Shown in pieces: positions 43,141-52,897 of a DNA stretch of 58,481 nucleotides. Each line of letters opens with the position of its first letter. Within the stretch, counting starts at the first letter, position 1. The notes under the pieces are model-generated. The model saw only the letters and a list, made by a program, of their open reading frames with translations. It was not told the DNA's origin and ran no database searches. Source of the DNA: a virus (taxonomy: Duplodnaviria; Caudoviricetes); the IMG/VR virus record IMGVR_UViG_3300030233_000054, positions 1 through 58,481 of that record; one strand, given 5' to 3'. Made by a program: the position numbers and the translations under genes.

Positions 43141-43407
43141 TTTTTGCGGACTGCCAATACTTTCTTCTTGCATTGTGCTTGACGGGTTTGGTTATACTCA
43201 TCGCGCTGTCGCGCTCCTGACACACTGAAGGTCGCCTCCAAGGCGTCGCTTCTCCCGTATGCAAGACGTGGAAAGCTTAGGTTATGTCCGGAGACGGCAG
43301 GCATTGCCCGGATGGGCAGACACAACATCCTGATCAGGGGCGGGGCCGCTCGGCACGCTATCGCCGGGTGGCCCTGCTTGGTTTTAATCCCGTCGATTTC
43401 GATGGGT

Positions 43408-43731
43408 TTAACCTCCCGCAACGGTCTTCACTCTGGCAATCAGGTTCCCGTCGCCATCGGTCATGTCCAGACTGGGATCGTACATCACGAAGCCATTCTC
43501 AAAGATGTACGCATTCACCTTCAAGCCCACTGTCTGCGCGGCCTGCTCAGCATCCTTGTATATCCGTAGTCGGCGCATCGTTTCCCAAATGTCTTGGCTC
43601 ACGTGGATGCATGCCGGGTTTTCGCCGTGGCAATGCCGGTGGTGGTCGATGGCTTCGAGGAGGATGGGCGCGTAGCCGTCAAACCTCTCTTTTGCCGCCA
43701 GCTCCTCGGGTGTTTCGGGCGCGGTGCTCAT
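43408..43731 (-). CDS. Hypothetical protein
   Basis: Coupled to dnaB stop. Confidence 0.6.
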   Translation of the reverse strand: MSTAPETPEELAAKERFDGYAPILLEAIDHHRHCHGENPACIHVSQDIWETMRRLRIYKDAEQAAQTVGLKVNAYIFENGFVMYDPSLDMTDGDGNLIARVKTVAGG

Positions 43732-45137
43732 CGCCAGTCTGCCCTTTCCGGTTCCGCGCCCTCCTGGCCGGAGTGATGGACGGGTGAGCGTCCATCCTCC
43801 ACTTGGCTAAAGCGCATGTGGGCGAGATCGGCAACCAGCGGAATGATCGGCTCCGGCCCGTTGCGGTTTTTCGTGAATGTCAACACCCGTGCACGCGGGT
43901 TGCCGGGGTCTTCGCCGGGGTCGAGACGCATCACCACGTCCGCGTCGTTTTCCCAGTCCTCAGCCTCTCGGGTGGTGCCGTCCTTGTTGATCTGCGAAAG
44001 CAGTAGCACTGGCACGTCCAGTTCCTTCGAGATGCGCTTGATCCCCCGGCTGATGGCGGCGCACTCGTTCTGGCGCGTGCGGCCTCTTTGGCGCTCCTCG
44101 TCCGGGGCTTTGATGAGCTGGGCGTAGTCGATGACCAGCATTCCTAAGCCGTGGTCGCGCTTCCATCGCCGGGCGCGGCTCAACATCTGCGCCACCGTGA
44201 TGTCGAACTGATCATCCATCATGATCGGGTAGGTGAACCCTCCCCCGGCCACATCTTCCAACATCAGGCGCTCTTGGGCACCCACATTGCCATTGCGCAG
44301 GCTCAGGCCGTCTATGCCGTACTCGTTCGATATCAGGCGCTTCACCAACTCGTCCTTGCGCATCTCAAGGCTGAAGACGCCCACCGTGTGCCCTGGGCTC
44401 TTGTAGTTCTTCAGCTCCTCATCCCATTGGAGCTTCGCGGCCTCAAGGGCAAAGAACAAAGCGAAGGCGGTCTTGCCGGTGCCTCGCCGGGCGCTGATCA
44501 CGTAAACACCCGGATGCCAGCCGGTGGTGGTCTCGTCCAATCTCCTGATGCTGCTCTGGATGCCGGTCACCTCGCGGTTGGCGGGCGTGTCAAGGATCTT
44601 GCGGGCGACCTGCGGAGCCACGTCCTTGGCCCATTCCGCGCTGCGCCCACGGTCGGCTGCCGCCGCCACGTCGTAGACCTTCTTCTCGGCAAGTTGCAGG
44701 ATGTTGGGCACGCTGTCCTGCTGGTCTTGGATTGCCTGGGCAATGTCGGCGCAGGCGTCTTGCAGTTTCCGCAGGAGCGATTTGCTTTTGACGATCTCGA
44801 TGTAACTCCCGACGTTCAGGTGCGTCGTGAAGCTGTTCATGATCTCGGCCACATACCCAAGCCCTCCCACCGCCTCGTCCTGCTTCTTGTCCTTAAGGTG
44901 CTGGCTGAGGATGGGCATGTCGATGGCTGATCCCTTGTCCTGTAGCTCGCAGAGGGCGGTGAACATGATCTGATGGGAAGGCACAAAGAAATCCTTGGCC
45001 GTCAGCGTCTCCCTCGCCTCATCCATCACGGCGTCAGGACGCACCATCATGGAGCCGAGAACGCATCTCTCGCCCTCGGCTGAGTACAAGGGCTGGTTGA
45101 GGATGGCGACGGTATTGCCGCGCTCGTGGTCGTTCAT
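43728..45137 (-). CDS. dnaB: Replicative DNA helicase DnaB
   Basis: ARRGTGKT, FSLEM, VIDYAQL, LLSQIN, ENDADVV, KNRNGP. Confidence 0.92.
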   Translation of the reverse strand: MNDHERGNTVAILNQPLYSAEGERCVLGSMMVRPDAVMDEARETLTAKDFFVPSHQIMFTALCELQDKGSAIDMPILSQHLKDKKQDEAVGGLGYVAEIMNSFTTHLNVGSYIEIVKSKSLLRKLQDACADIAQAIQDQQDSVPNILQLAEKKVYDVAAAADRGRSAEWAKDVAPQVARKILDTPANREVTGIQSSIRRLDETTTGWHPGVYVISARRGTGKTAFALFFALEAAKLQWDEELKNYKSPGHTVGVFSLEMRKDELVKRLISNEYGIDGLSLRNGNVGAQERLMLEDVAGGGFTYPIMMDDQFDITVAQMLSRARRWKRDHGLGMLVIDYAQLIKAPDEERQRGRTRQNECAAISRGIKRISKELDVPVLLLSQINKDGTTREAEDWENDADVVMRLDPGEDPGNPRARVLTFTKNRNGPEPIIPLVADLAHMRFSQVEDGRSPVHHSGQEGAEPERADWR

Positions 45138-45733
45138 GCTGTCTCCTTCGCGGTCGCCTTGGTGCTGGCATGAATCTCCCTCAAAATGGCGCTCTGTCGC
45201 TCCGGCATGGCCGCTTCCAACTCTGCCCACCGGGCGATGATCTTTGGCCAAGCTGTATTTGGGTGAACGTCGGCTACCTTATGCATCTTATCGCGCCATC
45301 CAAACCGCTCCACCAGCCGTAGGCACCGGCCCAGATCGTCCGCATCCAGGGGCGTAAATCCATCGTCGATGGCCATTGCCCTTCGCTGAGCCGAGCTAGG
45401 CTCCGCGAGAACCGAAAAAATGCACTCGGAACTCTTTCCTACATCTAATCCGTACCACCAAGCGCTCTCCGGGTCTAAACCCTTAAGTTTTTTCTCGATC
45501 TCAGCCCGCCAACGGGAAAGCCCAGCCTTCGTCCCAATCGTAAGAATAGTATCCGGACGGGAAGTCAACTTGAGATGTCGGCTTATCCCCGCGTCCATCA
45601 GCGATCCTTTGGGGAATAGGCCCGCGCTTTCGCTTAATGAGGTCAGTGGAAGGCCGAGGCCGTCAATGCCCTCCATCGTCCAGCCATGCGCCCATCTCAA
45701 AATGGCGTACTCCGGTTTGTTGTCTTGATTCAT
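45134..45733 (-). CDS. Hypothetical protein
   Basis: DVGKSS...PLDADDLGRCLRL; coupled overlaps. Confidence 0.65.
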   Translation of the reverse strand: MNQDNKPEYAILRWAHGWTMEGIDGLGLPLTSLSESAGLFPKGSLMDAGISRHLKLTSRPDTILTIGTKAGLSRWRAEIEKKLKGLDPESAWWYGLDVGKSSECIFSVLAEPSSAQRRAMAIDDGFTPLDADDLGRCLRLVERFGWRDKMHKVADVHPNTAWPKIIARWAELEAAMPERQSAILREIHASTKATAKETA

Positions 45734-46686
45734 AATTCACTTCCTCCTTCGGTTGATAATGTCTTGACCCGCTCCCAGTGCTTCGGCTCGCAGTTTGCCT
45801 TGATGTCCGCCTCCAATTCGCTTTCCCGGCCTGTGGCTTTACCGTGGATGTTTTGCCACATCCGCAGGCAAATGCCGTCATCCGCTGGATTTTCATCTCT
45901 GAGGAGCTGGAGGAGCTTATCGCGGTGGAACCCTGCCCATGGGGCCGGTAACGCGCTGGCGGTTCCGCTGCGGCTCACGGCGGGCCTTTCTGGTTCGTCT
46001 TCCCATCGCCGATCCATCAGCCAATTGCGCGGTGCCGCGATGTACCGGGCTTCGGTCTTTTCCCGCATCACCTCGGCAGCGTAGCGCTTGGCTCCGTCAA
46101 TCATCACCTGGGGATCGTACCCGGCGCTGACGCACTCATGCCATGCCCTCATGGCCTGGGCTTGGTTCTTCTGCTTGGGGTAGGCTCGCCAGAAGTGATC
46201 AAAACCACTCGCCTCCCCCTTTGAGGGGGTAGGGGGTGTTATTTCCTTCTTTTCCTTCTTACTATATATATTGGCTCTTTGGTGGTCGGTTGGTGGTCGC
46301 TCTCTGGCCGGTTCGCGGTCTGGTTGCTGGTCGGTTAGTGGCTCTTCTTCGGTTTTCTGCATGTTGTATCTATCGTAATTACAGATACATAAGACGGTTA
46401 TTCCCTGGTCTTTTTCGAGGCCCACCATCTGGTCTTGTTTGAGGTTTTGAATAAACCCCTTCACCTTAGACCGTGACCAGCTCCACCGGTCAGACAGGAA
46501 GCGCTCAGAGGCGACAATCCCACCACGTGGAACCTCGACAAGGGAGCCTGAAACCAACTGCTTTGTGGGCACATAGGCCGCAAGCTGTAGCAAGTCAATC
46601 CAGGCTTCCGCCATGCTGTAGGACCGCTTCTCCTTCCAGAGCCAGTGTCCAAACAGCGATCTGTAAATTTTCAAATATCCAGCCAT
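45730..46686 (-). CDS. Phage replication initiator (lambda O-like)
   Basis: GYLKIYRSL..HWLW..AWIDLL..A, wHTH, FDHFWRAYPK, WL..RRWED; TGGTCG-like repeats and A/T tract at about 46240-46340. Confidence 0.8.
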   Translation of the reverse strand: MAGYLKIYRSLFGHWLWKEKRSYSMAEAWIDLLQLAAYVPTKQLVSGSLVEVPRGGIVASERFLSDRWSWSRSKVKGFIQNLKQDQMVGLEKDQGITVLCICNYDRYNMQKTEEEPLTDQQPDREPARERPPTDHQRANIYSKKEKKEITPPTPSKGEASGFDHFWRAYPKQKNQAQAMRAWHECVSAGYDPQVMIDGAKRYAAEVMREKTEARYIAAPRNWLMDRRWEDEPERPAVSRSGTASALPAPWAGFHRDKLLQLLRDENPADDGICLRMWQNIHGKATGRESELEADIKANCEPKHWERVKTLSTEGGSEL

Positions 46687-46693
46687 TTACGTC

Positions 46694-47071
46694 TCAATTT
46701 TTAAAGGCCCGCGTGTAACGGTGTGCCTTGTTTTGCTTACTCGGAACCCATTGTATATCCAGAAGTTGATTTCGCTTTTTGATTGCTGCGCGGGCACGTT
46801 GAATATCCGGAAGGTTGTTTCGGATCGCCGCCCAGCTATCCGAGAAGACAATTATCAATGTGCCCGGGTAAAATCGCTTTGCGTACTCGACTGCCTGTAA
46901 TATGGCATAAGCCTCGTTCTCCTCCGTGTGGGGGTTGCCTGGTAAATACCCGCGCCTCACCAATCCTCCGTTGACATCAGCCACAGCCCACACCCAATGC
47001 GGAGCCCCACCTGCGTCAGCATAGAACACCTCTTGGTGAGTGGGCTTGTTTTCTAGTAAGTGCGCTTTCAT
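46694..47071 (-). CDS. RNase H-like protein
   Basis: YADAG...NEAYAI...FSDS...WVPSKQNKAH. Confidence 0.7.
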   Translation of the reverse strand: MKAHLLENKPTHQEVFYADAGGAPHWVWAVADVNGGLVRRGYLPGNPHTEENEAYAILQAVEYAKRFYPGTLIIVFSDSWAAIRNNLPDIQRARAAIKKRNQLLDIQWVPSKQNKAHRYTRAFKN

Positions 47072-47075
47072 CGCA

Positions 47076-47516
47076 TCACCACGGGATTTCATCATCCTCC
47101 GGCAGCGGGTCCGGCTCCTGGCGCTGGGTGGCGTTCTCATGCTGCGGATCGGTTCGCGGGCGCACATGCTCTCCGTTCTTCATCGCCGCTGATGGAAGGA
47201 ACTGCACGCGGTCAGCACGGACCTTCAGCTTGCTGCGCTTCTGTCCGTCCTGGGTTTCCCACTGCTCAAACTTCAAACTGCCCTCGATGAAGACGCTACG
47301 TCCCTTGGCGAGATACTGCTTGCAGGTTTCGGCCTGGCGTCCCCACACCTCGATGTCCACATAGGTCACCTCCTCGCGGGATTCGCCGTTGCCGTCCTTG
47401 TACTGCCGGTTGATCGCAATGCCCAGGTCGCCAATGGCGGTGCCCTTAGGGGTGTACCGCACATCGGGATCTCGCGTGAGATTGCCCATCAGGAATACTC
47501 GGTTCAAATCTGCCAT
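47076..47516 (-). CDS. ssb: Single-stranded DNA-binding protein
   Basis: LNRVFLMGNLTRDPDVRYT...DDEIPW. Confidence 0.95.
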   Translation of the reverse strand: MADLNRVFLMGNLTRDPDVRYTPKGTAIGDLGIAINRQYKDGNGESREEVTYVDIEVWGRQAETCKQYLAKGRSVFIEGSLKFEQWETQDGQKRSKLKVRADRVQFLPSAAMKNGEHVRPRTDPQHENATQRQEPDPLPEDDEIPW

Positions 47517-47682
47517 GTTACTTGTTCTCCTTTTCTATGTCCGCCATTTCTTGAATGACGTGTTTGAGTTTGGTTTTCACGCGACCGGCTTTCCGCGTGG
47601 TGATTTCTTGGTGCTTCGCGCATTTATCCATCAGCGATATGCAGGCATAGATGATGTTGGCGACGGTGGTGAACATGAGGCT

Positions 47683-47940
47683 CTACTGTTTCAGCTTCTT
47701 TGCCGCGTAGCGAAGGGCCATCATGACATTGAACGGGTTAGGCATCTTCGACGTGTCGCCGCTTTTGCAGCCTTCCGCTATCGCGTCTGCCATGGCCTCG
47801 AAGCCCTTGGATGCATCCAGGGGCTCTTCCTTCCCTTCAATCGGCAGGCGGCCGTACTGCCAGCGGTACAGTTCCACCTCAGCCCAATTTTCTTCTGGAT
47901 CGGGCACATCCATGGTTTTTCCGTTAATTTCCATCTGCAT
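47683..47940 (-). CDS. Hypothetical protein
   Basis: AGGAG RBS. Confidence 0.55.
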   Translation of the reverse strand: MQMEINGKTMDVPDPEENWAEVELYRWQYGRLPIEGKEEPLDASKGFEAMADAIAEGCKSGDTSKMPNPFNVMMALRYAAKKLKQ

Positions 47941-47969
47941 TTCTTTCTCCTTGTTCGATGTTGTCTCTA

Positions 47970-48266
47970 TTACTTCTTCCTGATCTGATTTCTGGCCGCA
48001 GAAAGCGCTTCATCGTAAAGCATCTCGGGATCTTCACTTTGCAGTTTGCGGGCAAGGGCGCGGATACGCCCCCATTCGTCCTTGTATTCAGAGCTGGCAA
48101 CTTCGCCGAAAATAGCCCGGTGCAGTTCCGTGGCAGCCCACTCCAAGCCTTTCGCCTTTCCTTCAAAACTCCGGCGGGCATGCGAGCAAGTTGTCTTAGC
48201 GGCGCAGTCGTGCGCGTCGGCTGCCTCCATCTCGAAATCCCTTAGTAGCTGTTCGTATTTATCCAT
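47970..48266 (-). CDS. Hypothetical protein
   Basis: AGGAG RBS before ATG 48266. Confidence 0.55.
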   Translation of the reverse strand: MDKYEQLLRDFEMEAADAHDCAAKTTCSHARRSFEGKAKGLEWAATELHRAIFGEVASSEYKDEWGRIRALARKLQSEDPEMLYDEALSAARNQIRKK

Positions 48267-48291
48267 GATTCTCCTTGTTGATTGTTCGTGC

Positions 48292-48636
48292 TCAGGCGGC
48301 GCTGTTCGTGGGGATTTCAATCTCCTTGATTTCTTCCTCAAGGCACGTCGGGCAGAGGGGAACACCCTCATTGTCCGCCTTCATTTCACCCATCGGCAGG
48401 CGCTTGTTGCAGGACTCGCATTGCTCGGCCCCCTCTTCGTCGATCAACGCCCCCAGGCTGTTGATGCATTTCGAGTATGCCTTGATTTCGCCGTACCGTT
48501 GTTGCTTGGTAAGTTGACCACGCTCCTCATCTTGAAGAACATCCAGTTCAGCCTTCTCGTTGATCCACTTTGCCCGGAGGGCGATTAAGCTTTCAGTTTC
48601 CATTCCTTCTCCTTGTTGTTCATTCACTGCACTCAA
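48292..48636 (-). CDS. Zinc-finger hypothetical protein
   Basis: CESC...CPTC. Confidence 0.55.
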   Translation of the reverse strand: MSAVNEQQGEGMETESLIALRAKWINEKAELDVLQDEERGQLTKQQRYGEIKAYSKCINSLGALIDEEGAEQCESCNKRLPMGEMKADNEGVPLCPTCLEEEIKEIEIPTNSAA

Positions 48637-48776
48637 GCCGATTTGTCTTTCAAAAATCGGCGATTTTGATACTCAATCTCCCGCGTGTTTTACCGGATGC
48701 GCGGCCCCCGGTGGGTCAAATCTTGGGGTCTAGGTTGCATCGGGCATCACCTCCTTTCGCACAGGTAAAGATTCGC

Positions 48777-49097
48777 TTACTTGGCGTGAGTTCCCTCCAC
48801 CCCACGCGCCTCACGCTTGGCGGTGCGGCTGTTCAGGATGTCGAGGGCGGCTTGCAGGTGCTCGGCGGCTTTGGCGTTCTCCTCACAGGCAAACTTGCTG
48901 GCCTGGTAGTAGTCGATCCGGTCCTTCACCGCCTTGATCACGTTCTCAACAAACGCGCCGTTCGGTTCCTTACGTTCCTCACCACGGCCAAGCGGGCCGT
49001 TCTGCCAACTGATGGCAAAGCCGGGGCCATAAGTGCTGCCGCCTGCGGGGTTACCATTGGCGTCGTTCCAGTGTTCGGATTGGATGGGTGTTTCCAT
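48777..49097 (-). CDS. Tad1/Acb2-family anti-defence nucleotide sponge
   Basis: ISWQNGP...NGAFVENVI...DRIDYYQ..KFACEENA.A..HLQAAL..L..RT..R..RGVEGT; AGGAG RBS. Confidence 0.75.
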   Translation of the reverse strand: METPIQSEHWNDANGNPAGGSTYGPGFAISWQNGPLGRGEERKEPNGAFVENVIKAVKDRIDYYQASKFACEENAKAAEHLQAALDILNSRTAKREARGVEGTHAK

Positions 49098-49119
49098 GTG
49101 GTTCTCCTTTGGTTTTGGG

Positions 49120-49617
49120 TTATCCCTTCGGCGTCCATGCCTTCAGGGTAGAGTCGTTTTTTGCGTAAAGCGGGTGGAAGGGACTGCCGTCCTCGTTTTC
49201 CTTGATGCAGTAGAGATTTGTTCCAGCGGCCTTCAGGATGCTGCACACCACATGCACGCGCCCCTGGTGCTTCCCGTCCTTACCCCAAGCCGCTACAATC
49301 TGAGGGGACCGGCTTGCCCAATCTCGCAAGATGGCGTCATTCTCCGGGCCGATAAGATCGGGCGCTGCCTTCATGTCCTTCGGCTTGGTAGATCGGTAGG
49401 CGAAGAGATTGAGCATCGCGAATCCCGTGTAACCCCACTTGCCGCTAAGGGTCTTCACCCGCTTCAGCGTATTATCTAAGTGGAACTCATCTGCCGTGCT
49501 TGGATTGAGCCCGATCCACGGCAGGATCTTCAACTCCTGCGCGAATAGGCCGTCATCCCATGTGTGAATGAGGGCGTATCTATACTTTCGGCAATCGCTG
49601 AATTTACATTTATTCAT
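49120..49617 (-). CDS. DUF1643-like protein
   Basis: YRYAL..W, IGLNPSTAD, NLFAYRSTKP, AAWG, HPLY. Confidence 0.85.
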   Translation of the reverse strand: MNKCKFSDCRKYRYALIHTWDDGLFAQELKILPWIGLNPSTADEFHLDNTLKRVKTLSGKWGYTGFAMLNLFAYRSTKPKDMKAAPDLIGPENDAILRDWASRSPQIVAAWGKDGKHQGRVHVVCSILKAAGTNLYCIKENEDGSPFHPLYAKNDSTLKAWTPKG

Positions 49618-50072
49618 GGCTTAAACTCCTGAAGCACCCACTCCCCCTTCTTCCGCTGCGCCGCGATGAACTGGTAGTAGGGATAGAGCCGGGCGGCGGT
49701 CTTGATCTTCACCAGCGCGTCATCGCGCCAGAAGCCCTTCACCTCCCACATCACCAAGCGGGCACCGTCCTCGGCCAGCGTCGTGAAGTCGGGCGTGTAG
49801 CGGCACCGCTCGGCCAGCTTCAACGTGTGCGTCTGCGTGCCGATCCAGGCTCCGGGCGGCAGCGTGGCCTGCAAGTGGGCGAGGAAAGCCCTCTCCGTCT
49901 TGTTCAGCCGGGCCACATCCGCCTGCACCTGGGGCGCGGTCGTGAACGTCCGGGGCGCTTGGGGCGGGCCGGGATTCTTCCCGCCGTCCGCCTTCGCCTG
50001 GGCCTTCCCGTAGCTGCCATCCGGCTGCTTCGTCAGGCCCATCCGCTGCAAGTCTGCTTCCGTCCAGTTCAT
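49614..50072 (-). CDS. PD-(D/E)XK endonuclease (DUF1064-like)
   Basis: YTPDF...EVKGF. Confidence 0.8.
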   Translation of the reverse strand: MNWTEADLQRMGLTKQPDGSYGKAQAKADGGKNPGPPQAPRTFTTAPQVQADVARLNKTERAFLAHLQATLPPGAWIGTQTHTLKLAERCRYTPDFTTLAEDGARLVMWEVKGFWRDDALVKIKTAARLYPYYQFIAAQRKKGEWVLQEFKP

Positions 50073-50212
50073 ATCTTTTTCGAGATGACGTAACGGCAGC
50101 GCTTGCAGGTGAAGTGCTTGCTTCCGTTAAACTCCCAGTCGTTTCCTCTGGATTTGTGCCCAAGCAATCGACAGAAGAACTGACGCACCCTGCTCCAAAA
50201 ATCCTCTCTCAT
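50069..50212 (-). CDS. Small zinc-binding protein
   Basis: Hand translation FCRLLGHK...CKRC; coupled overlaps. Confidence 0.5.
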   Translation of the reverse strand: MREDFWSRVRQFFCRLLGHKSRGNDWEFNGSKHFTCKRCRYVISKKI

Positions 50213-50604
50213 TTCGCCACCGCCTTCCCGCCGCAATCAATCACGCCAATGTGCTTGTAAACCGTGTGGACGCTGTCGTCTTCCAGATCCGCGTATTGAG
50301 CTTCGTAGGCGTGGCGCTGCAACTCTCCTGAATGCTCATTCCACACGTTAAAACCGAGTATATTCACCCTCTCCGGCACGATGTGTGTTTGCTCATGGCA
50401 GGGGCCACCCTCAAGCAGGGCAACAACATTCACCTGCTCCGACCCTTCGGCTATCACCTCGCCACCAAGCATTCCGTCATACTTTCCGTTTTCGCTTAAC
50501 GACTTCATGCGCTCGATGGCGTCGGCCTCACTGGTCGCGTGAATAGTCGCGCTCCACTGACTGCCGTCGTGCGGGTAGATGAATATATGCGGTTTAAACA
50601 CCAT
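50209..50604 (-). CDS. Hypothetical protein
   Basis: GGAGG RBS before ATG 50604. Confidence 0.55.
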   Translation of the reverse strand: MVFKPHIFIYPHDGSQWSATIHATSEADAIERMKSLSENGKYDGMLGGEVIAEGSEQVNVVALLEGGPCHEQTHIVPERVNILGFNVWNEHSGELQRHAYEAQYADLEDDSVHTVYKHIGVIDCGGKAVAK

Positions 50605-51346
50605 CGCCGCCTCCGCAATCAATCCACACGTCCGTGCCGGGGAGCTTGCGCTGCCAGTTAGACATTTCATCAAACTCAATCCAACTAGCACCGTTGGCTA
50701 GATTTATCTCTAAGCGGATGCCTTTATGGCAAACGCCGATTACTGACGCCCACTCAATAACCCACCCCCACGTCTTACTTCTCACCACCGTCCCTGGCGG
50801 GAAGTCAGAAGGCCCGGGCGGCATGGGCGCTGGCGCGGATTCGGCCTCTTCCATCATCTCCCGCACGTCGTTGAGTGTATGGGAGGATTCCTTCCCCGGC
50901 ATCGGCTCGATGGTTCTGAATGTGTAATCGCAGTCTGCCGGGAAGTCAGACTTCAAGGGAATCCATTCCCTTAGTAGGTTATCCCAAAGTTCATATTTCC
51001 GGGCGAATTTAATTTCCCGTTTTAATGTAAGGCGGTATCTCTTATCTACTTCGACCTGCTCAGGAGTCAGCCGCGCTCCGTTCTCAAGGTCTTCAACGCG
51101 GCACCCCCACTCGTCTGCCCAGGGCTTCCAGAGGGCGTTGAAGTCGTCGGCGGATGTCCATTCTCGAACGATTCTGGCGGCAGGTTCCGCTGGGTAGGGT
51201 CGCCCATCGAGTCCATAGATATAGTGTGATTCTTCGTCTCTAAGCCTCCATGCGTCAGCATGATGATGCACTAAAGTCAGGATTGCTTTTTGCCCATCAT
51301 CGCGCAAGTACGCTCCGGGCCCGGTGATTTTGAACGGTTCGCTCAT
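50594..51346 (-). CDS. Hypothetical protein
   Basis: KITGPGAYLRDDG; GGAG RBS. Confidence 0.6.
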   Translation of the reverse strand: MSEPFKITGPGAYLRDDGQKAILTLVHHHADAWRLRDEESHYIYGLDGRPYPAEPAARIVREWTSADDFNALWKPWADEWGCRVEDLENGARLTPEQVEVDKRYRLTLKREIKFARKYELWDNLLREWIPLKSDFPADCDYTFRTIEPMPGKESSHTLNDVREMMEEAESAPAPMPPGPSDFPPGTVVRSKTWGWVIEWASVIGVCHKGIRLEINLANGASWIEFDEMSNWQRKLPGTDVWIDCGGGDGV

Positions 51347-51368
51347 GTGATTCTCCGTGGTGGGTGGG

Positions 51369-51533
51369 TTAAATGTGGTATTCAGGTTCCGGCAATTTCG
51401 GGACCAGCTTGGGTTTCCAGAGTTCCAGCGCCTTCTGCAAAAGCTCATAGTCTTCTTCCCTAATGCCGAGCGGAACGGACGCCTGTAGGCCGTCGCCAAC
51501 GGGAATATAGAGCCAGCGCGGTTTCGTGCTCAT
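51369..51533 (-). CDS. Hypothetical small protein
   Basis: Operon packing. Confidence 0.5.
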   Translation of the reverse strand: MSTKPRWLYIPVGDGLQASVPLGIREEDYELLQKALELWKPKLVPKLPEPEYHI

Positions 51534-51534
51534 G

Positions 51535-51804
51535 TCAGTTAACCTTTGCCTTTCTCGCGGCGCTGCGCGCATGAAGCTTTTCCCTGAGAACTTCTCTCGC
51601 CAGCCCGCTTGCAATGGGTGCTACGCGGTAAGCGGTCCATCCGCAGTTGACGCCGGTAAACGTGGATTCTGATTTGGCGATGTAGCGCAGCTTGCGAATG
51701 CTTTGGCGATACAGCCATGCGTAGTAATCCTGGTAGGCCCTGCGTAGCGGTTCGATGTGCTTCTCTGCACGTTTCACGCGACGTTGTTCATTTTTTTCAG
51801 TCAT
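51535..51804 (-). CDS. Hypothetical basic protein
   Basis: GGAG upstream. Confidence 0.5.
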   Translation of the reverse strand: MTEKNEQRRVKRAEKHIEPLRRAYQDYYAWLYRQSIRKLRYIAKSESTFTGVNCGWTAYRVAPIASGLAREVLREKLHARSAARKAKVN

Positions 51805-51848
51805 CTCTCGTTCTCCCCCGGCTTCAGCGCCGGGTTTTGGGGTTGGGG

Positions 51849-52049
51849 TTATATTTCCGTGCGGGCCAACAAATCTGTATTAGCGGCTATTTTTGCTGTT
51901 GATAGATACCTAACGCTGTCGATCTTCCCGTCTACTCCGTAGAGATAGCACCGCCCGCGCTTCTGGATTTCGTACATCGGCTTGTCGCCTACATAGCCTT
52001 TCCAAAGGTCGTGTGTTTTCTTTTCCCATTTGATCTTCTTCATCCTCAC
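51849..52049 (-). CDS. Hypothetical small protein
   Basis: Coupled overlap. Confidence 0.45.
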   Translation of the reverse strand: MRMKKIKWEKKTHDLWKGYVGDKPMYEIQKRGRCYLYGVDGKIDSVRYLSTAKIAANTDLLARTEI

Positions 52050-52321
52050 TCCTGCATGTTGATGCAGCCCTCGGTTTCGGTGTATTCGATGAACTCCACG
52101 TCACAATATGGAACCTTGGAGATGAAAGCTTTCACGCCGCAGCACGGGCATTTCTCTGACCACAATTCCAAACCGCGATAGATTTTATTCACCCAGCAAA
52201 TGGTCCCTGGAGGTAGTATCTGGACGCCATTCTTCAGTGAGCACTTGAGGATTACATGCCGCCCCACCATGTCTCTCTTGAGCTTGGGCGCGGGGACGAT
52301 CTTGTATGGTTTCTCCGCCAT
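52046..52321 (-). CDS. Hypothetical protein with CxxC
   Basis: CPCCG; start at ATG 52321. Confidence 0.5.
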   Translation of the reverse strand: MAEKPYKIVPAPKLKRDMVGRHVILKCSLKNGVQILPPGTICWVNKIYRGLELWSEKCPCCGVKAFISKVPYCDVEFIEYTETEGCINMQE

Positions 52322-52322
52322 C

Positions 52323-52574
52323 TCACTCCCCCGCGCTCGCGGCCTCCTGGGTGGGTGCTTCGATGTCATCGGCAGGAGCGAAGTGCCTGCGGGCGTCGAA
52401 GCTGGCGTAGTACTCCGGCCCGTCGCTGATAACTTCCAGCGGCACCATGTCGTCGTGAGCGTGCGCAATGGCGATTTCCTTGGCATGCTCTAAGTCACGA
52501 GCGCTCTTCACTCGAATGGTTCGTGTGTAGTCCACGGGGCCAAGCGTGATGATATAGTTTCCGGTAGTCTTCAT
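52323..52574 (-). CDS. Hypothetical protein
   Basis: IRVKSARDLEHAKEIA; GAGG RBS. Confidence 0.55.
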   Translation of the reverse strand: MKTTGNYIITLGPVDYTRTIRVKSARDLEHAKEIAIAHAHDDMVPLEVISDGPEYYASFDARRHFAPADDIEAPTQEAASAGE

Positions 52575-52897
52575 TTCCTCACTGCCTTTCTGCTGATAGA
52601 ATTTTCCGCGAGAGATTGAGGTTTATTCACCCCGGAATACCCGAGTTTCTTAAGTTCTATATCGTAACCCTTACCCTCCTTGAGTTCGGGCCTTTCGCCT
52701 GACTTGTGTCGATTACATGCGGGGGTCCAGTATGCAATGCCGCATTGCCACCAAAGCATGTCTCCCTCTCCAATACATCTGGACTTGTCGTTTTTTTCGA
52801 CATAGATAGCGCACTGAGATGTAAATTGGGTTTCTTTGCAGTTCACCCACACTTTATCCTCAAGTTGAATGACTCCGATTACTTCGCCTCCGACCAT
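52571..52897 (-). CDS. Hypothetical protein
   Basis: MVGGEVI...GDMLWWQ; AGGAG RBS. Confidence 0.6.
   Translation of the reverse strand: MVGGEVIGVIQLEDKVWVNCKETQFTSQCAIYVEKNDKSRCIGEGDMLWWQCGIAYWTPACNRHKSGERPELKEGKGYDIELKKLGYSGVNKPQSLAENSISRKAVRK

Noticed and set aside
43141-43407. Possible ncRNA or 95-aa ORF between early and late regions
   Set aside because: No recognisable RNA family or convincing structure by eye; ORF lacks motifs; the TATACT box has no well-spaced -35
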